Assembly (NCBI GenBank): GCA_025963185.1
Contig: JAOPVE010000407.1
Coordinates: 1-24,000, forward strand
DNA from: Actinomycetes bacterium
GTDB lineage: Bacteria; Actinomycetota; Actinomycetes; Mycobacteriales; Cryptosporangiaceae
Direction of reading: 5' to 3'
DNA: 24,000 bases
Under the pieces are notes generated by a model. The model did no database searches. It worked only from the letters and a program-made list of their open reading frames with translations, and was not told the origin of the DNA. The position numbers were made by a program, and so were the translations under genes. This document shows, one piece after another, positions 8,704 through 16,511 of the stretch. Numbering within the stretch: position 1 is the stretch's first letter; every line of letters starts with the position of its first letter.

Positions 8704-9432
8704 TCAGGCCCGCTTTGCCCTGCCGCTGTAGGCGAACGAGACGCTGGCCGCCGCACACCCCGGATCGTCGGCGGCCAGCAACTGCGGCCACCCCGCCGCG
8801 TCGACATGCCGGCTCGCGAGCGTGATCGTCTCGTTCGGCTGGATCGTCAGCGCCGCCCCCGCGTACTGGGTGACCCGGATCGCCTTCGCCGCGTCGCACC
8901 GGCCCCTCGCCGTGCTGGCCGCCGCCGTGCCGTTCTTGGGGGTCACGTGCAGGGCACTCACGGCGATCGCGTACGGGTAGGGGTTGCTGATCGCCAGGTC
9001 CAGACGCGCGGTGCCGCCAGGGCGCAACTGCTGCGTCAGGTGGCCGGTGATGGCGAAGCCCTTGACCGTCTTGGCGACGTGCCACCGGTAGGACGCTGCC
9101 GCGCCTACCCGCCCGTCCGCGCCCAGCGGCTGCACGACCACGAGGTGGGTGCCCGCCCCGAGGTTGCGGAACGTCACCGGGTTCGCGCAGCGGTGCGGGG
9201 ACCTGCCGTCGAGCGCGCACTGGTAGGCCGCCGCGGGCTTGTGGTCCCGGAAGCTGAACGTGGCCCAGCCGACCGTCGTCGTCAGCGGGGGGCGGGTGCC
9301 GATCGCCGGGGCGGGCAGGGCCGCGGCCGGTGTGGCTGGGCCGGTCGACAGCGTGACCGCGATCGCGCCGCCCGCGACGGCCGCGACGGCCGCCGCGCCG
9401 AGCGCGAGGGTCCTGCGGGAGATGCGGGTCAT
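8704..9432 (-). CDS. secreted hypothetical protein
   Basis: 242 aa with an N-terminal signal MTRISRRTLALGAAAVAAVAGGAIA (RR-containing). The mature part is beta-rich with 4 Cys. It is co-directional with the small membrane protein downstream. Confidence 0.65.
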   Translation of the reverse strand: MTRISRRTLALGAAAVAAVAGGAIAVTLSTGPATPAAALPAPAIGTRPPLTTTVGWATFSFRDHKPAAAYQCALDGRSPHRCANPVTFRNLGAGTHLVVVQPLGADGRVGAAASYRWHVAKTVKGFAITGHLTQQLRPGGTARLDLAISNPYPYAIAVSALHVTPKNGTAAASTARGRCDAAKAIRVTQYAGAALTIQPNETITLASRHVDAAGWPQLLAADDPGCAAASVSFAYSGRAKRA

Positions 9433-9623
9433 GGCGGTGCCTCCTGGCGGGTCGGTGCCGGTCCGCGGTGGCGTGCACCGGCTGTTTCAGGATCCGCGAG
9501 AGCGCGGCGCACCCACATCGGATCCGCGGCCCGTCCCCGCTCGGTGGGCCGGCCGGCGTGCCGGCCGATCACCCGACACGCCAGTGCCTTGCCGCTGCCC
9601 GGCGGGGCCGGAACACTGGCGCG

Positions 9624-10013
9624 ATGAGGTTCGCCGGGAAGCTGTCACCGGAGGACTTCTGGCGCCGCCGCGCCGCCGGCGACGAGCGGGTCCGGGTGGC
9701 CGCGCACCTGCTGCCGCTCTACGGGATCGCCGGGTGGGACGGCCCGCTCATGACCGGCGGCTGGCAGTGGAGCGACGGCGAGCTCGAGTCCGCTGGGCTG
9801 AGCCACGGCACGCCAAACGAGTCATCGCTGCAGGTCGTGACGACCTCCGGGGACCCGGCCAGGATCGCCCACACGCTCCGGATGACCGGCGAGCTGGTAC
9901 TGGAGGGGCGCAACCTCGATCCCCCGGCGCTTCGGCTCGAACGGGTCACGGACGTCGAGCCGTACCTCGCCGGGCGGAGCGCCTATATCCGGAGGCTCCG
10001 CGGCGAGGACTGA
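9624..10013 (+). CDS. hypothetical cytoplasmic protein
   Basis: 129 aa from ATG 9624 (MRFAGKLSPEDFW...). High GC3 throughout and no recognisable motif. The track ORF's N-terminal extension from 9468 looks non-coding. Confidence 0.5.
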   Translation: MRFAGKLSPEDFWRRRAAGDERVRVAAHLLPLYGIAGWDGPLMTGGWQWSDGELESAGLSHGTPNESSLQVVTTSGDPARIAHTLRMTGELVLEGRNLDPPALRLERVTDVEPYLAGRSAYIRRLRGED

Positions 10014-10064
10014 GTGTGATCTGCTGACGCGCATTGTCCGGCCGGAAAGCGGGGGTATCGACAC

Positions 10065-11369
10065 ATGGCCGGTGGGCGGTCGCTCGGGCGGCAGTTCGGG
10101 TGGCTGTGGGCGGCCTACGCCGTCAGCACGGCCGGCACCTGGGTGGCGTTCGACGCGTTCCCGCTGATCGCGATCCTGGTGCTCCACGCCGGTCCGGCCG
10201 CGGTGTCCCTCCTGGCCGCCGCGGGGCTCGCGGTGGGGGCGGCGGTCGCGGTGCCGCTCGGCCCGTGGGTGGAGTTCCGGCGCAAGCGGCCGGTGATGAT
10301 CGCGATGGACCTGGTCCGGTTCGGCGCGGTCCTGAGTGTCCCGGCCGCGTTCGCGCTCGGCCGGCTCACGTTCGCTCAGCTCGTCGTGGTGTCGGTCGCC
10401 GTCGCCGCGGCCGGCATCACCTTCACCGCGGCCAGCGGCGCGTTCCTCAAATCGCTCGTGCCCCCGGCGGGACTGCTCGTCGCGAACGGCCGGTTCGAGT
10501 CCACGACATGGACCGCCACGGCCCTCGGGCCTCCGCTCGGCGGAGCCGCGATCGGGCTGCTCGGCCCGGTGGTGACCGTGGTGGCCGACGCGCTCAGCTA
10601 CCTGCTGTCGGCGGCCGGGATCCTCGCGATCGGCGGGACGGAGCCGCGGCCCGCACGTGCTGACGCACCCCGGGGACGGCTCGGCGGGCTGCTCGGCGGG
10701 TGGCGGCACATCCTCGCCGACCCGGCGCTGCGGCCGCTGTTCGCGAACACGGTGCTGGTGAACGGCCTGATCCTGGCGACCTCGCCACTGATCGCGGTCC
10801 TCATGCTGGGCCGCCTGGGGTTCGCGCCCTGGCAGTACGGGCTCGCGTTCGCCGCGCCCTGTGCCGGGGGGCTCGCCGGGGCGCGGCTGGCGCGCCCGCT
10901 GGTCACCCGGTTCGGCGAGCGCCGGGTCATGCTCACCGCCGGGGCGCTGCGGGCATGCTGGCCGGCCGGGCTGGCGTTCGTCCGCCCGGGCACCGGCGGG
11001 CTGGTACTCGTGATCGCCGTCCAGTTCGGGCTGGTCACGTGCATGGGTGTGTTCAACCCGGTGTTCGCCACCTACCGGCTGCGCCAGATCCCGGTGGACT
11101 GGATCGCCCGCACGCTGTCCGCGTGGTCGGTCACCAGTAAGGCCACGGTGGCCGCGCTGACCGCGCTGTGGGGTCTGCTGGCGAGCATCACCAGCCTGCG
11201 GATCGCGATCGCGGCCGCCGGTGTGCTCCTGCTGGCGACACCGCTCCTGCTCCCCTGGCACCTGCTCCCCTGGCAGCCGGTCTCCCCGCGCGCGGGCCGG
11301 GACGCCGTCACGGGGCGTCCCGGCCGGGCGATCAGGTCGCGGGCGGCGGTCAGTTCCAGACGTCGGTGA
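10065..11369 (+). CDS. MFS transporter (12-TM type)
   Basis: 434 aa. The N-terminus LGRQFGWLWAAYAVSTAGTWVAFDAFPLIAILVL and regularly spaced hydrophobic helices are typical of actinobacterial MFS (EntS/enterobactin-exporter-like) proteins. Confidence 0.85.
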   Translation: MAGGRSLGRQFGWLWAAYAVSTAGTWVAFDAFPLIAILVLHAGPAAVSLLAAAGLAVGAAVAVPLGPWVEFRRKRPVMIAMDLVRFGAVLSVPAAFALGRLTFAQLVVVSVAVAAAGITFTAASGAFLKSLVPPAGLLVANGRFESTTWTATALGPPLGGAAIGLLGPVVTVVADALSYLLSAAGILAIGGTEPRPARADAPRGRLGGLLGGWRHILADPALRPLFANTVLVNGLILATSPLIAVLMLGRLGFAPWQYGLAFAAPCAGGLAGARLARPLVTRFGERRVMLTAGALRACWPAGLAFVRPGTGGLVLVIAVQFGLVTCMGVFNPVFATYRLRQIPVDWIARTLSAWSVTSKATVAALTALWGLLASITSLRIAIAAAGVLLLATPLLLPWHLLPWQPVSPRAGRDAVTGRPGRAIRSRAAVSSRRR

Positions 11370-12186
11370 TCGCCGTTGTGCCGCACGAACTGCCGGTGCA
11401 GGCGAGCCCGCCGAGCGACTCCAGGGTGCGCAGCACGCGGTAGTGGGTGACGGTCTCGGAGTAGGCGCCGGTGGCCACGTGCGCGCCGGAGAACACGGTG
11501 GGGATCCGGTTGCCGGACACGCCGTTGTCCTCGTCGAAGGTCAGGACCAGCAGGCTGTTGTGGGTCTTCGCCCAGGTCACGTAGCTGTCGAGGTTGTTCT
11601 TGAGCCACGTGTCGCCGGTCTTGACGCTGCAGTCGTGCATGTCGTTGCACAGGTTCGGGACGACGAAGGAGACGGCGGGCAGGGTCGTGTAGTCGGTGGG
11701 GAACTGCGAGAACCGCAGGTTCGCCGAGGCGGCCACGTTCGTGAAGTTCACCCACGGGTTGTGCTTGCGGGCGTAGCTGCCCGAGGTGCAGCCGGTGTAC
11801 CCGTCCGAGGGCATGCTCTCGGAGTAGCCCGCGAAGGTGCGGCCCGAGGCGGTGACCTGGTGGCCCAGGTTCTCCCCGGAGTAGGTGTGCGGGCACGAGT
11901 CGTCGGTGAGGCCCTGGGTGGATCCGGAGAACAGCGCGAGGTAGTTCGGCTCGCTCGGGTGGGTCACCGCGACCGACTGGGTGAAGTTCGCGCCCCCGTT
12001 CGCCAGCGACGTGATGTACGGGGCGCTGGCGTTGCCGATGATCTGGGTGTTGGCGTGGTTCTCCTCGACCACCACGACGATGTGGTCGTAGCTGGGAAGT
12101 GCCGCGGCGGACGCCGCGTGGGCGGGAACGGTCAGGAGACTCACGCCAGCGAGTGCTGCGAGAGCGGCGAGCGTACGGATGCGCAT
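11350..12186 (-). CDS. secreted phosphoesterase-family protein (acid phosphatase / phospholipase C superfamily)
   Basis: Signal peptide MRIRTLAALAALAGVSLLTVPAHA, then YDHIVVVVEENH...SEPNYLALFSGSTQG...HNPW, which matches the phosphoesterase (PF04185-type) pattern. SD GGAAGGAA lies 7 nt upstream of ATG 12186. Confidence 0.8.
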   Translation of the reverse strand: MRIRTLAALAALAGVSLLTVPAHAASAAALPSYDHIVVVVEENHANTQIIGNASAPYITSLANGGANFTQSVAVTHPSEPNYLALFSGSTQGLTDDSCPHTYSGENLGHQVTASGRTFAGYSESMPSDGYTGCTSGSYARKHNPWVNFTNVAASANLRFSQFPTDYTTLPAVSFVVPNLCNDMHDCSVKTGDTWLKNNLDSYVTWAKTHNSLLVLTFDEDNGVSGNRIPTVFSGAHVATGAYSETVTHYRVLRTLESLGGLACTGSSCGTTAITDVWN

Positions 12187-12209
12187 GGGCCGGTTCCTTC
12201 CGGGCGGGA

Positions 12210-12231
12210 CTTGCGGACGGCTTGCGGACGC
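12210..12231. promoter_or_regulatory. 11-bp tandem direct repeat (cttgcggacgg cttgcggacgc) in the phosphoesterase leader
   Basis: Two head-to-tail 11-nt units differing only at their final base, 24-45 nt upstream of the phosphoesterase start. One-helical-turn periodicity is the binding geometry of OmpR/PhoB-type regulators. The sequence does not match the Streptomyces GTTCACC PHO unit. Confidence 0.3.
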
Positions 12232-12406
12232 CGATCACCTTCGCGACCGCCGATCACCATCCTCTTGCCTGCAGGCGCCCGCTGGCAGCCGGTCAGGTGA
12301 ACATTCCGGACACCCACTCGCGGATCCGGTGCGGCGGCGCCCGTTGCCTTCCCGGCCGCTCGGGGTTCAGGAAACGCAGCGGCGTTCGTCATCTTTGACC
12401 GGATAG

Positions 12407-12422
12407 ATGGGACCTGTCCCAT
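12407..12422. promoter_or_regulatory. 16-bp palindrome ATGGGAC-CT-GTCCCAT upstream of the PstS-like gene
   Basis: Perfect 7-bp arms with a 2-bp spacer (too tight for a hairpin, so more likely a dimeric operator). It lies in a locally AT-richer stretch 33 nt upstream of ATG 12455. Confidence 0.3.
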
Positions 12423-12454
12423 TTCGGGGCGCTCTCCGGAGAAAGGCAGTTTCC

Positions 12455-13564
12455 ATGTACCGAGGCATGTTAGGGCTGGTGGTCGCCGCTGCGGCCGCCG
12501 CCGCGATCACCGTTCCCGCCGGATCCGCGTTCGCCGCACCGGCAGGCGGGCTTCCTGGCGGTGACGGGCAGGTCCAGGTGCTCGCCGCGGCCGGATCCGA
12601 CACGACGCAGGACGTCATGGGCGCGATCCTCGGCGCCTACCGGACCGACGCGGCCGCCAACCCGGACGGCGACGTGACCGTCAACATCCCCGTCCGGCCC
12701 GCCGGGCTCACCGTGCCGGGCGACGCCACCTGCGCCGCGCGCAGTTACGTCCCCGCCGGGCAGGAGAACCCGCCGTCCAGCTACCCCGCGCCGTCGGGGT
12801 CGGGCCAGGGCAAGACCGCGCTCGCGGATCCGGCGAACCGCGCGACCGCGTGCATCGACATCGCCCGCTCCTCGTCGGGCCGGGGCGCGAGTGACCCCGC
12901 GGAGTTTGAGTACTACGGCTTCGCCAAGGACGCCGTGAGTGTCGCGGCCTACCCCGGCGCGGCCCCGGACGGCCTCACGCTGGCCCAGCTCCGGGGGATC
13001 TACGCCTGCTCGCTCACCAACTGGTCGCAGGTCGGCGGCCAGGACGCGCCGATCGTCCGCTACCTGCCGCCCGCCGGATCCGGAACCCGGTCGTTCTTCA
13101 CCGGCACGGTCCTCGGTGCGGAGCCCTCGGCGTCCTGCGGCGAGGTCCGGATCGCGGCCGAGAACGACGGATCCGCGGTGCCCGCCGCCGACCGCGCGAC
13201 GGCGATCCTGCCGTACTCGGCCGCGCAGTGGATCGCCCAGGCCAACGGCGTGGTCGCCGACCTGCGCGACGGGATCCGGATCGGCGCGATCGACGGCGCC
13301 AGCCCGGTCACCGGACCGGACGCCGACGGCCACTACGCGCCCAACGCCGCGGTGATCGCCACGTTCCCCGGCTCCCGGACCGTCTACAACGTGCTGGACA
13401 CCCGCCTGCCCAGCTACGGCCAGGCGCTGCGGGTCGTCGGATCCGGCGCCGCCGGCCCCGGGTTCCTGTGCTCGGGCAGCGCCGCGGTCACCGCGCTGCT
13501 CACCCGGTACGGCTTCACCCCGCTCCCGGCGGGCGCGGACGGCAGCACCTGCGTGCGGAGCTGA
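12455..13564 (+). CDS. secreted PstS-like / PBP-superfamily substrate-binding protein
   Basis: Signal MYRGMLGLVVAAAAAAAITVPAGSAFA, then GSDTTQDVMG...ARSSSGR...FAKDAVSVAAYPG...LTLAQLRGIYACSLTNWSQVGG, which is the type-2 periplasmic-binding (phosphate-binding-like) pattern. SD GGAGAAAGG lies upstream. Confidence 0.7.
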   Translation: MYRGMLGLVVAAAAAAAITVPAGSAFAAPAGGLPGGDGQVQVLAAAGSDTTQDVMGAILGAYRTDAAANPDGDVTVNIPVRPAGLTVPGDATCAARSYVPAGQENPPSSYPAPSGSGQGKTALADPANRATACIDIARSSSGRGASDPAEFEYYGFAKDAVSVAAYPGAAPDGLTLAQLRGIYACSLTNWSQVGGQDAPIVRYLPPAGSGTRSFFTGTVLGAEPSASCGEVRIAAENDGSAVPAADRATAILPYSAAQWIAQANGVVADLRDGIRIGAIDGASPVTGPDADGHYAPNAAVIATFPGSRTVYNVLDTRLPSYGQALRVVGSGAAGPGFLCSGSAAVTALLTRYGFTPLPAGADGSTCVRS

Positions 13565-13587
13565 CCGACGGCGAGCGATACCGATAG

Positions 13588-13614
13588 GGGCGGCCCGCCG
13601 GGGGCGGGCCGCCC
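13588..13614. terminator. GC-rich bidirectional terminator-like hairpin
   Basis: gggcggcccgcc (13588-13599) and ggcgggccgccc (13603-13614) are perfect reverse complements. The hairpin sits in the 61-bp gap between convergent genes. Confidence 0.6.
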
Positions 13615-13625
13615 TGTCGCGCGGC

Positions 13626-14477
13626 TCAGACCCCCGCGGCCGAGATGATGAGGTCGGTGAGGAACCCGGCGGCCATGCCCGCGACGAGGCCCCAGCCGAG
13701 CAGGTCCCGGCGGCCCTTGAGGCCGATCCCGGCGAGCTGCAGGACCACGTAGAGGATCGACCCGGCGGCGAGGGTGAGGAACGCGACGCTGACCGCCTGG
13801 TTCGTCACCGAGTGCCCGATCACCGTGCCGAGGAACGTCGGGCCGCCGCCGATCACGCCGAGGCCCAGGAGCAGGCCCCAGCTCGGCCTCTCGGCCTCGC
13901 CCGCCAGCGGCGCCGTGATCCCGAAGCCCTCGGTGGCGTTGTGCAGCGAGAACCCGATCACCAGCAGGGTTGCCATGGCGATGTCCCCGGCCGCGGCGGC
14001 GCCGCCGATCGCCAGTCCCTCGGCGAAGTTGTGCAGGCCGATCCCGATGGCGATGAGCAGCGCGAGCCGGCGGGCGGGGGTCAGCCGCAGCGCGGTCCGC
14101 TCGGCCGCGAGCTCGCCGCTGGCCATCGCGCCCGGCCCGAACTTCGGCTCCGGTGCGGCGGCGCGGCGGCGCATCCACGACTCGTAATAGACCAGGCCCA
14201 TGAGGCCGACGGTGAGGCCGCCGAGGAACAGCAGCCCGTAGCCGAACACCGGCCCCGCGCCACCCTTGCCGCCGTGCAGGTCGACGACCGCGGCGTCCAG
14301 CGGCTCGAACGCCGCCGACAGGACGTCCCACAGCAGGAACACCAGCACGCCCGCCGCCGCCGCGTTGAGCAGCTGGCGCAACGCGGGCGCGGGACGCCGG
14401 AGCCGCCCGACCGGCAGGCCGAGCAGTATCGTCGCCCCGGCGATGAGTCCGAGTACGAAAACCTGGACAGTGCTCAC
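13626..14477 (-). CDS. ZIP-family divalent metal transporter (ZupT-like)
   Basis: GLHNFAEGLAIG and FSLHNATEGFG motifs in a roughly 8-TM protein. Start placed at GTG 14477 (VSTVQVFVLG) because a strong SD AAGGAGGAG lies just upstream; the track ORF starts 11 codons earlier. Confidence 0.85.
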   Translation of the reverse strand: MSTVQVFVLGLIAGATILLGLPVGRLRRPAPALRQLLNAAAAGVLVFLLWDVLSAAFEPLDAAVVDLHGGKGGAGPVFGYGLLFLGGLTVGLMGLVYYESWMRRRAAAPEPKFGPGAMASGELAAERTALRLTPARRLALLIAIGIGLHNFAEGLAIGGAAAAGDIAMATLLVIGFSLHNATEGFGITAPLAGEAERPSWGLLLGLGVIGGGPTFLGTVIGHSVTNQAVSVAFLTLAAGSILYVVLQLAGIGLKGRRDLLGWGLVAGMAAGFLTDLIISAAGV

Positions 14478-14488
14478 AAGCTCCTCCT

Positions 14489-14507
14489 TCAGCTTAGCCT
14501 TACCTAA
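14489..14507. promoter_or_regulatory. DtxR-family (IdeR/MntR-type) iron box
   Basis: TCAGCTTAGCCTTACCTAA matches the 19-bp consensus TWAGGTWAGSCTWACCTWA at 17/19 positions. It is an AT-rich island in GC-rich DNA, 12 nt upstream of the ZIP start (abutting its SD) and 73 nt upstream of the FetB-like start. Confidence 0.55.
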
Positions 14508-14579
14508 CACCAGGTCGGCGGCCGGATCAACTGCGGGGTACTGGATGCGGCCGGACGGCGGAGAAGTGAGGAGACGCCC

Positions 14580-15398
14580 GTGGGATCAGCCACCCTCGTG
14601 CTCGGCCCCCGGCTGGGGATCGCGCTGGCCGTCCTGACCCTCGTCGCCGCGGGCACCGCCGCCGCGACCGGGCTCGGCTACTCGCGCCAGATCGTGGTCG
14701 CGTCGGTGCGGGCGATCCTCCAGCTCGCGGCGGTGTCGCTCGTCATCGCCGCGGTCGTCGCCTCACTGCCCCTCGCGGCCACGTTCGTGCTGGTGATGCT
14801 GGCAATCGCCGCGCTGACCTCCGGGCGGCGCATCACCGGGCGACGCGGCTGGTGGGCCGCCGCGCCGATCGCCGCGGGAGCGGTCCCGATCATCGCCGGG
14901 CTGATCGCCGGGGGGCTCGTACCGCCGCGCGGGATCGCGATCGTGCCGATGGCCGGGATCCTGATCGGCGGCGCGATGACCGCCACCTCGCTGGCCGGGC
15001 GGCGGGCGACCGACGAACTGGCGCAGCGCTGGGGCGAGTACGAGGCCGCCCTCGCCCTGGGATTCCTGCCCCGGGATGCGGCGATGCTGGTGATCCAGCC
15101 CGCGGCGGCCCAGGCGCTGATCCCGGCGCTCGACCAGACCCGGACCGTCGGGCTGGTGACCCTGCCCGGCGCCTACGTCGGGGTCCTGCTCGGCGGGGCC
15201 AGCCCGCTCGCCGCCGGGGCGACCCAGGTCCTCGTGCTCGTCGGCCTGCTCGCCGCCGAGGCGATCGCGGTCGCGGCGACCGCCGAACTCGTGGCCCGCG
15301 GCCTCCTGCGCCGGGCACCCGCCCGCCCCCGCCGCCCCAACCCCCTGCGCACCCTGACCCGCCGTCTACCGAAGCGTGTGCCGCTAGACCGGCCCTGA
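14580..15398 (+). CDS. fetB: FetB/YbbM-family (UPF0014) ABC-type iron-export permease
   Basis: By eye it aligns with E. coli FetB. VASVRAILQLAAV matches SVGRAIIQLIIV. IVPMAGILIGGAM matches VIPIAGMIAGNAM. LIPALDQTRTVGLVTLPGAYVGVLLGG matches LIPTVDSAKTVGLVSLPGMMSGLIFAG. GTG start with SD GAGGAG 6 nt upstream. Confidence 0.8.
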   Translation: MGSATLVLGPRLGIALAVLTLVAAGTAAATGLGYSRQIVVASVRAILQLAAVSLVIAAVVASLPLAATFVLVMLAIAALTSGRRITGRRGWWAAAPIAAGAVPIIAGLIAGGLVPPRGIAIVPMAGILIGGAMTATSLAGRRATDELAQRWGEYEAALALGFLPRDAAMLVIQPAAAQALIPALDQTRTVGLVTLPGAYVGVLLGGASPLAAGATQVLVLVGLLAAEAIAVAATAELVARGLLRRAPARPRRPNPLRTLTRRLPKRVPLDRP

Positions 15399-15426
15399 CC
15401 GGCGCAACGGCACACACGTGCGCGGC

Positions 15427-15460
15427 AGGGTTGGTCAGCCGGGAGGGTTGGTCAGGCGGC
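15427..15460. repeat. 17-bp tandem duplication (agggttggtcagccggg / agggttggtcaggcggc) across a stop codon
   Basis: The units at 15427-15443 and 15444-15460 share their first 12 nt and 14 of 17 positions overall. The second unit contains the stop (tca, 15452-15454) of the minus-strand gene. Confidence 0.8.
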
Positions 15461-16171
15461 GGGGGTGGGCTCGGGGGTGCGGGCCGGCTGCGGGATGCGG
15501 GTCCGGCGGCGCAGGCGCAGGCCCACGACCACGGCGGCCATCAGGACGGCGAGCACCACGTTGGTGACGACGACTGCCCGCACGGTCAGGCCGGACGAGG
15601 CGGCGGGCTTGCCGATCCAGCGCAGTGAGCCGGTCACCGTGATCGGGGTGGTACCGGCGAGCAGGTGGACCGTCCAGTCGCCGATCAGGTGGGCGTGCAC
15701 CGGGTCGGCGGCCACGGCGGGAGGCTGCGCGCCGCCCATCCAGTGGATCCGGTGGTCGTGCCAGCGGACCGTGTGCTGCGCCGAGATCCGCTTCCAGGCC
15801 GGCGCCACCGAGGACTGGCCGGGCGTCGCCGGATCCCCGAACAGGCTCTTGTTGATCAGCGCTGACTGGGAGAGCTGGTTCTCGTCGGTGCCCGCCGCGG
15901 TGATCCGCAGGTAGGGCTCGCGCAGGTAGCCGAGGATCAGCACTGGCTCGGCGGCCGAGGAGGCGACCTCGATCCATTCCCCCCGCGGATCGACGCGCGC
16001 CCGCACCCCGGCGGCCGCGGGCTGGGTGCTGGTCAGCGTGGTCTGGTAGTAGGCCGCGTCGGGGATCGGCTGGCCGCCGGCCAGGTGCGCCGACGCCGGA
16101 TCGGCGGCGGCGAGCGCGCCCGCCGGGGCGGCGAGAACCGCGAGCAGCACGGCGATCCGCAGAGTCCGCAT
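15452..16171 (-). CDS. secreted, C-terminally membrane-anchored protein with predicted N-terminal His and a His cluster (candidate metal/copper-binding protein)
   Basis: Start at ATG 16171 (MRTLRIAVLLAVLAAPAGALAAADPASA|HLAGG), giving an A-S-A signal-peptidase site that would leave His as residue 1. Also seen: an internal RWHDHRIHWMGG cluster and DPVHAHLIG, plus a C-terminal TM helix VVVTNVVLAVLMAAVVVGL followed by RLRRR. Confidence 0.65.
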   Translation of the reverse strand: MRTLRIAVLLAVLAAPAGALAAADPASAHLAGGQPIPDAAYYQTTLTSTQPAAAGVRARVDPRGEWIEVASSAAEPVLILGYLREPYLRITAAGTDENQLSQSALINKSLFGDPATPGQSSVAPAWKRISAQHTVRWHDHRIHWMGGAQPPAVAADPVHAHLIGDWTVHLLAGTTPITVTGSLRWIGKPAASSGLTVRAVVVTNVVLAVLMAAVVVGLRLRRRTRIPQPARTPEPTPAA

Positions 16172-16511
16172 GACAATCCCCTCGCCGGGCTTCACTGGCA
16201 GCGCGCGCCGTACCAGCCGGCTGCGCGCCAGGACAGGAGCGGCGAACGGCGGCGCGGATACCCCCGGACCGCCCCGCGGCCACATTCCGGCCCGAACGGC
16301 TGATCCGGGAGCACCCGGTGCGGGTGGGCGGCGCTCCGGCGGGCGGACCGGGCGGACCGGGAGAACGGCCGGCCGCCGTAGTCACGCCCGGATGACGCCC
16401 CGATGACAGCGCCGTCATGGATCTCGGCGTTGCACCCCAGACACCGCACTCTCAGTCACCGAGAGGCCGGCCCCGACCGGACCGGACCGGAAGACCCGAG
16501 AGGGGAACCGC

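Noticed and set aside
9822-12300. Long ORFs 9822..11261 (-), 11072..12238 (-) and 11221..12300 (+)
   Set aside because: These are shadow frames opposite or overlapping the MFS transporter and phosphoesterase genes. They are highly charged, Arg/Pro-rich and without hydrophobic structure.
12291-12302. Streptomyces-type PHO box (GTTCACCTGACC on the minus strand)
   Set aside because: Only one good GTTCACC unit is present. The neighbouring 11-nt unit does not match, and the other GTTCA-like motifs (12365, 12384) are 19 nt apart rather than 11 or 22. I kept it only as context in the phosphate-module finding.
16172-16511. Copper-responsive operator (CsoR/CopY/CueR-type) in the divergent region upstream of the giant gene
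   Set aside because: Only short inverted repeats were found (ATGAC-n6-GTCAT near 16403 and CTCTC-n7-GAGAG near 16449). Nothing resembles the known GC-rich CsoR palindromes or a 19-bp-spaced MerR-type promoter.
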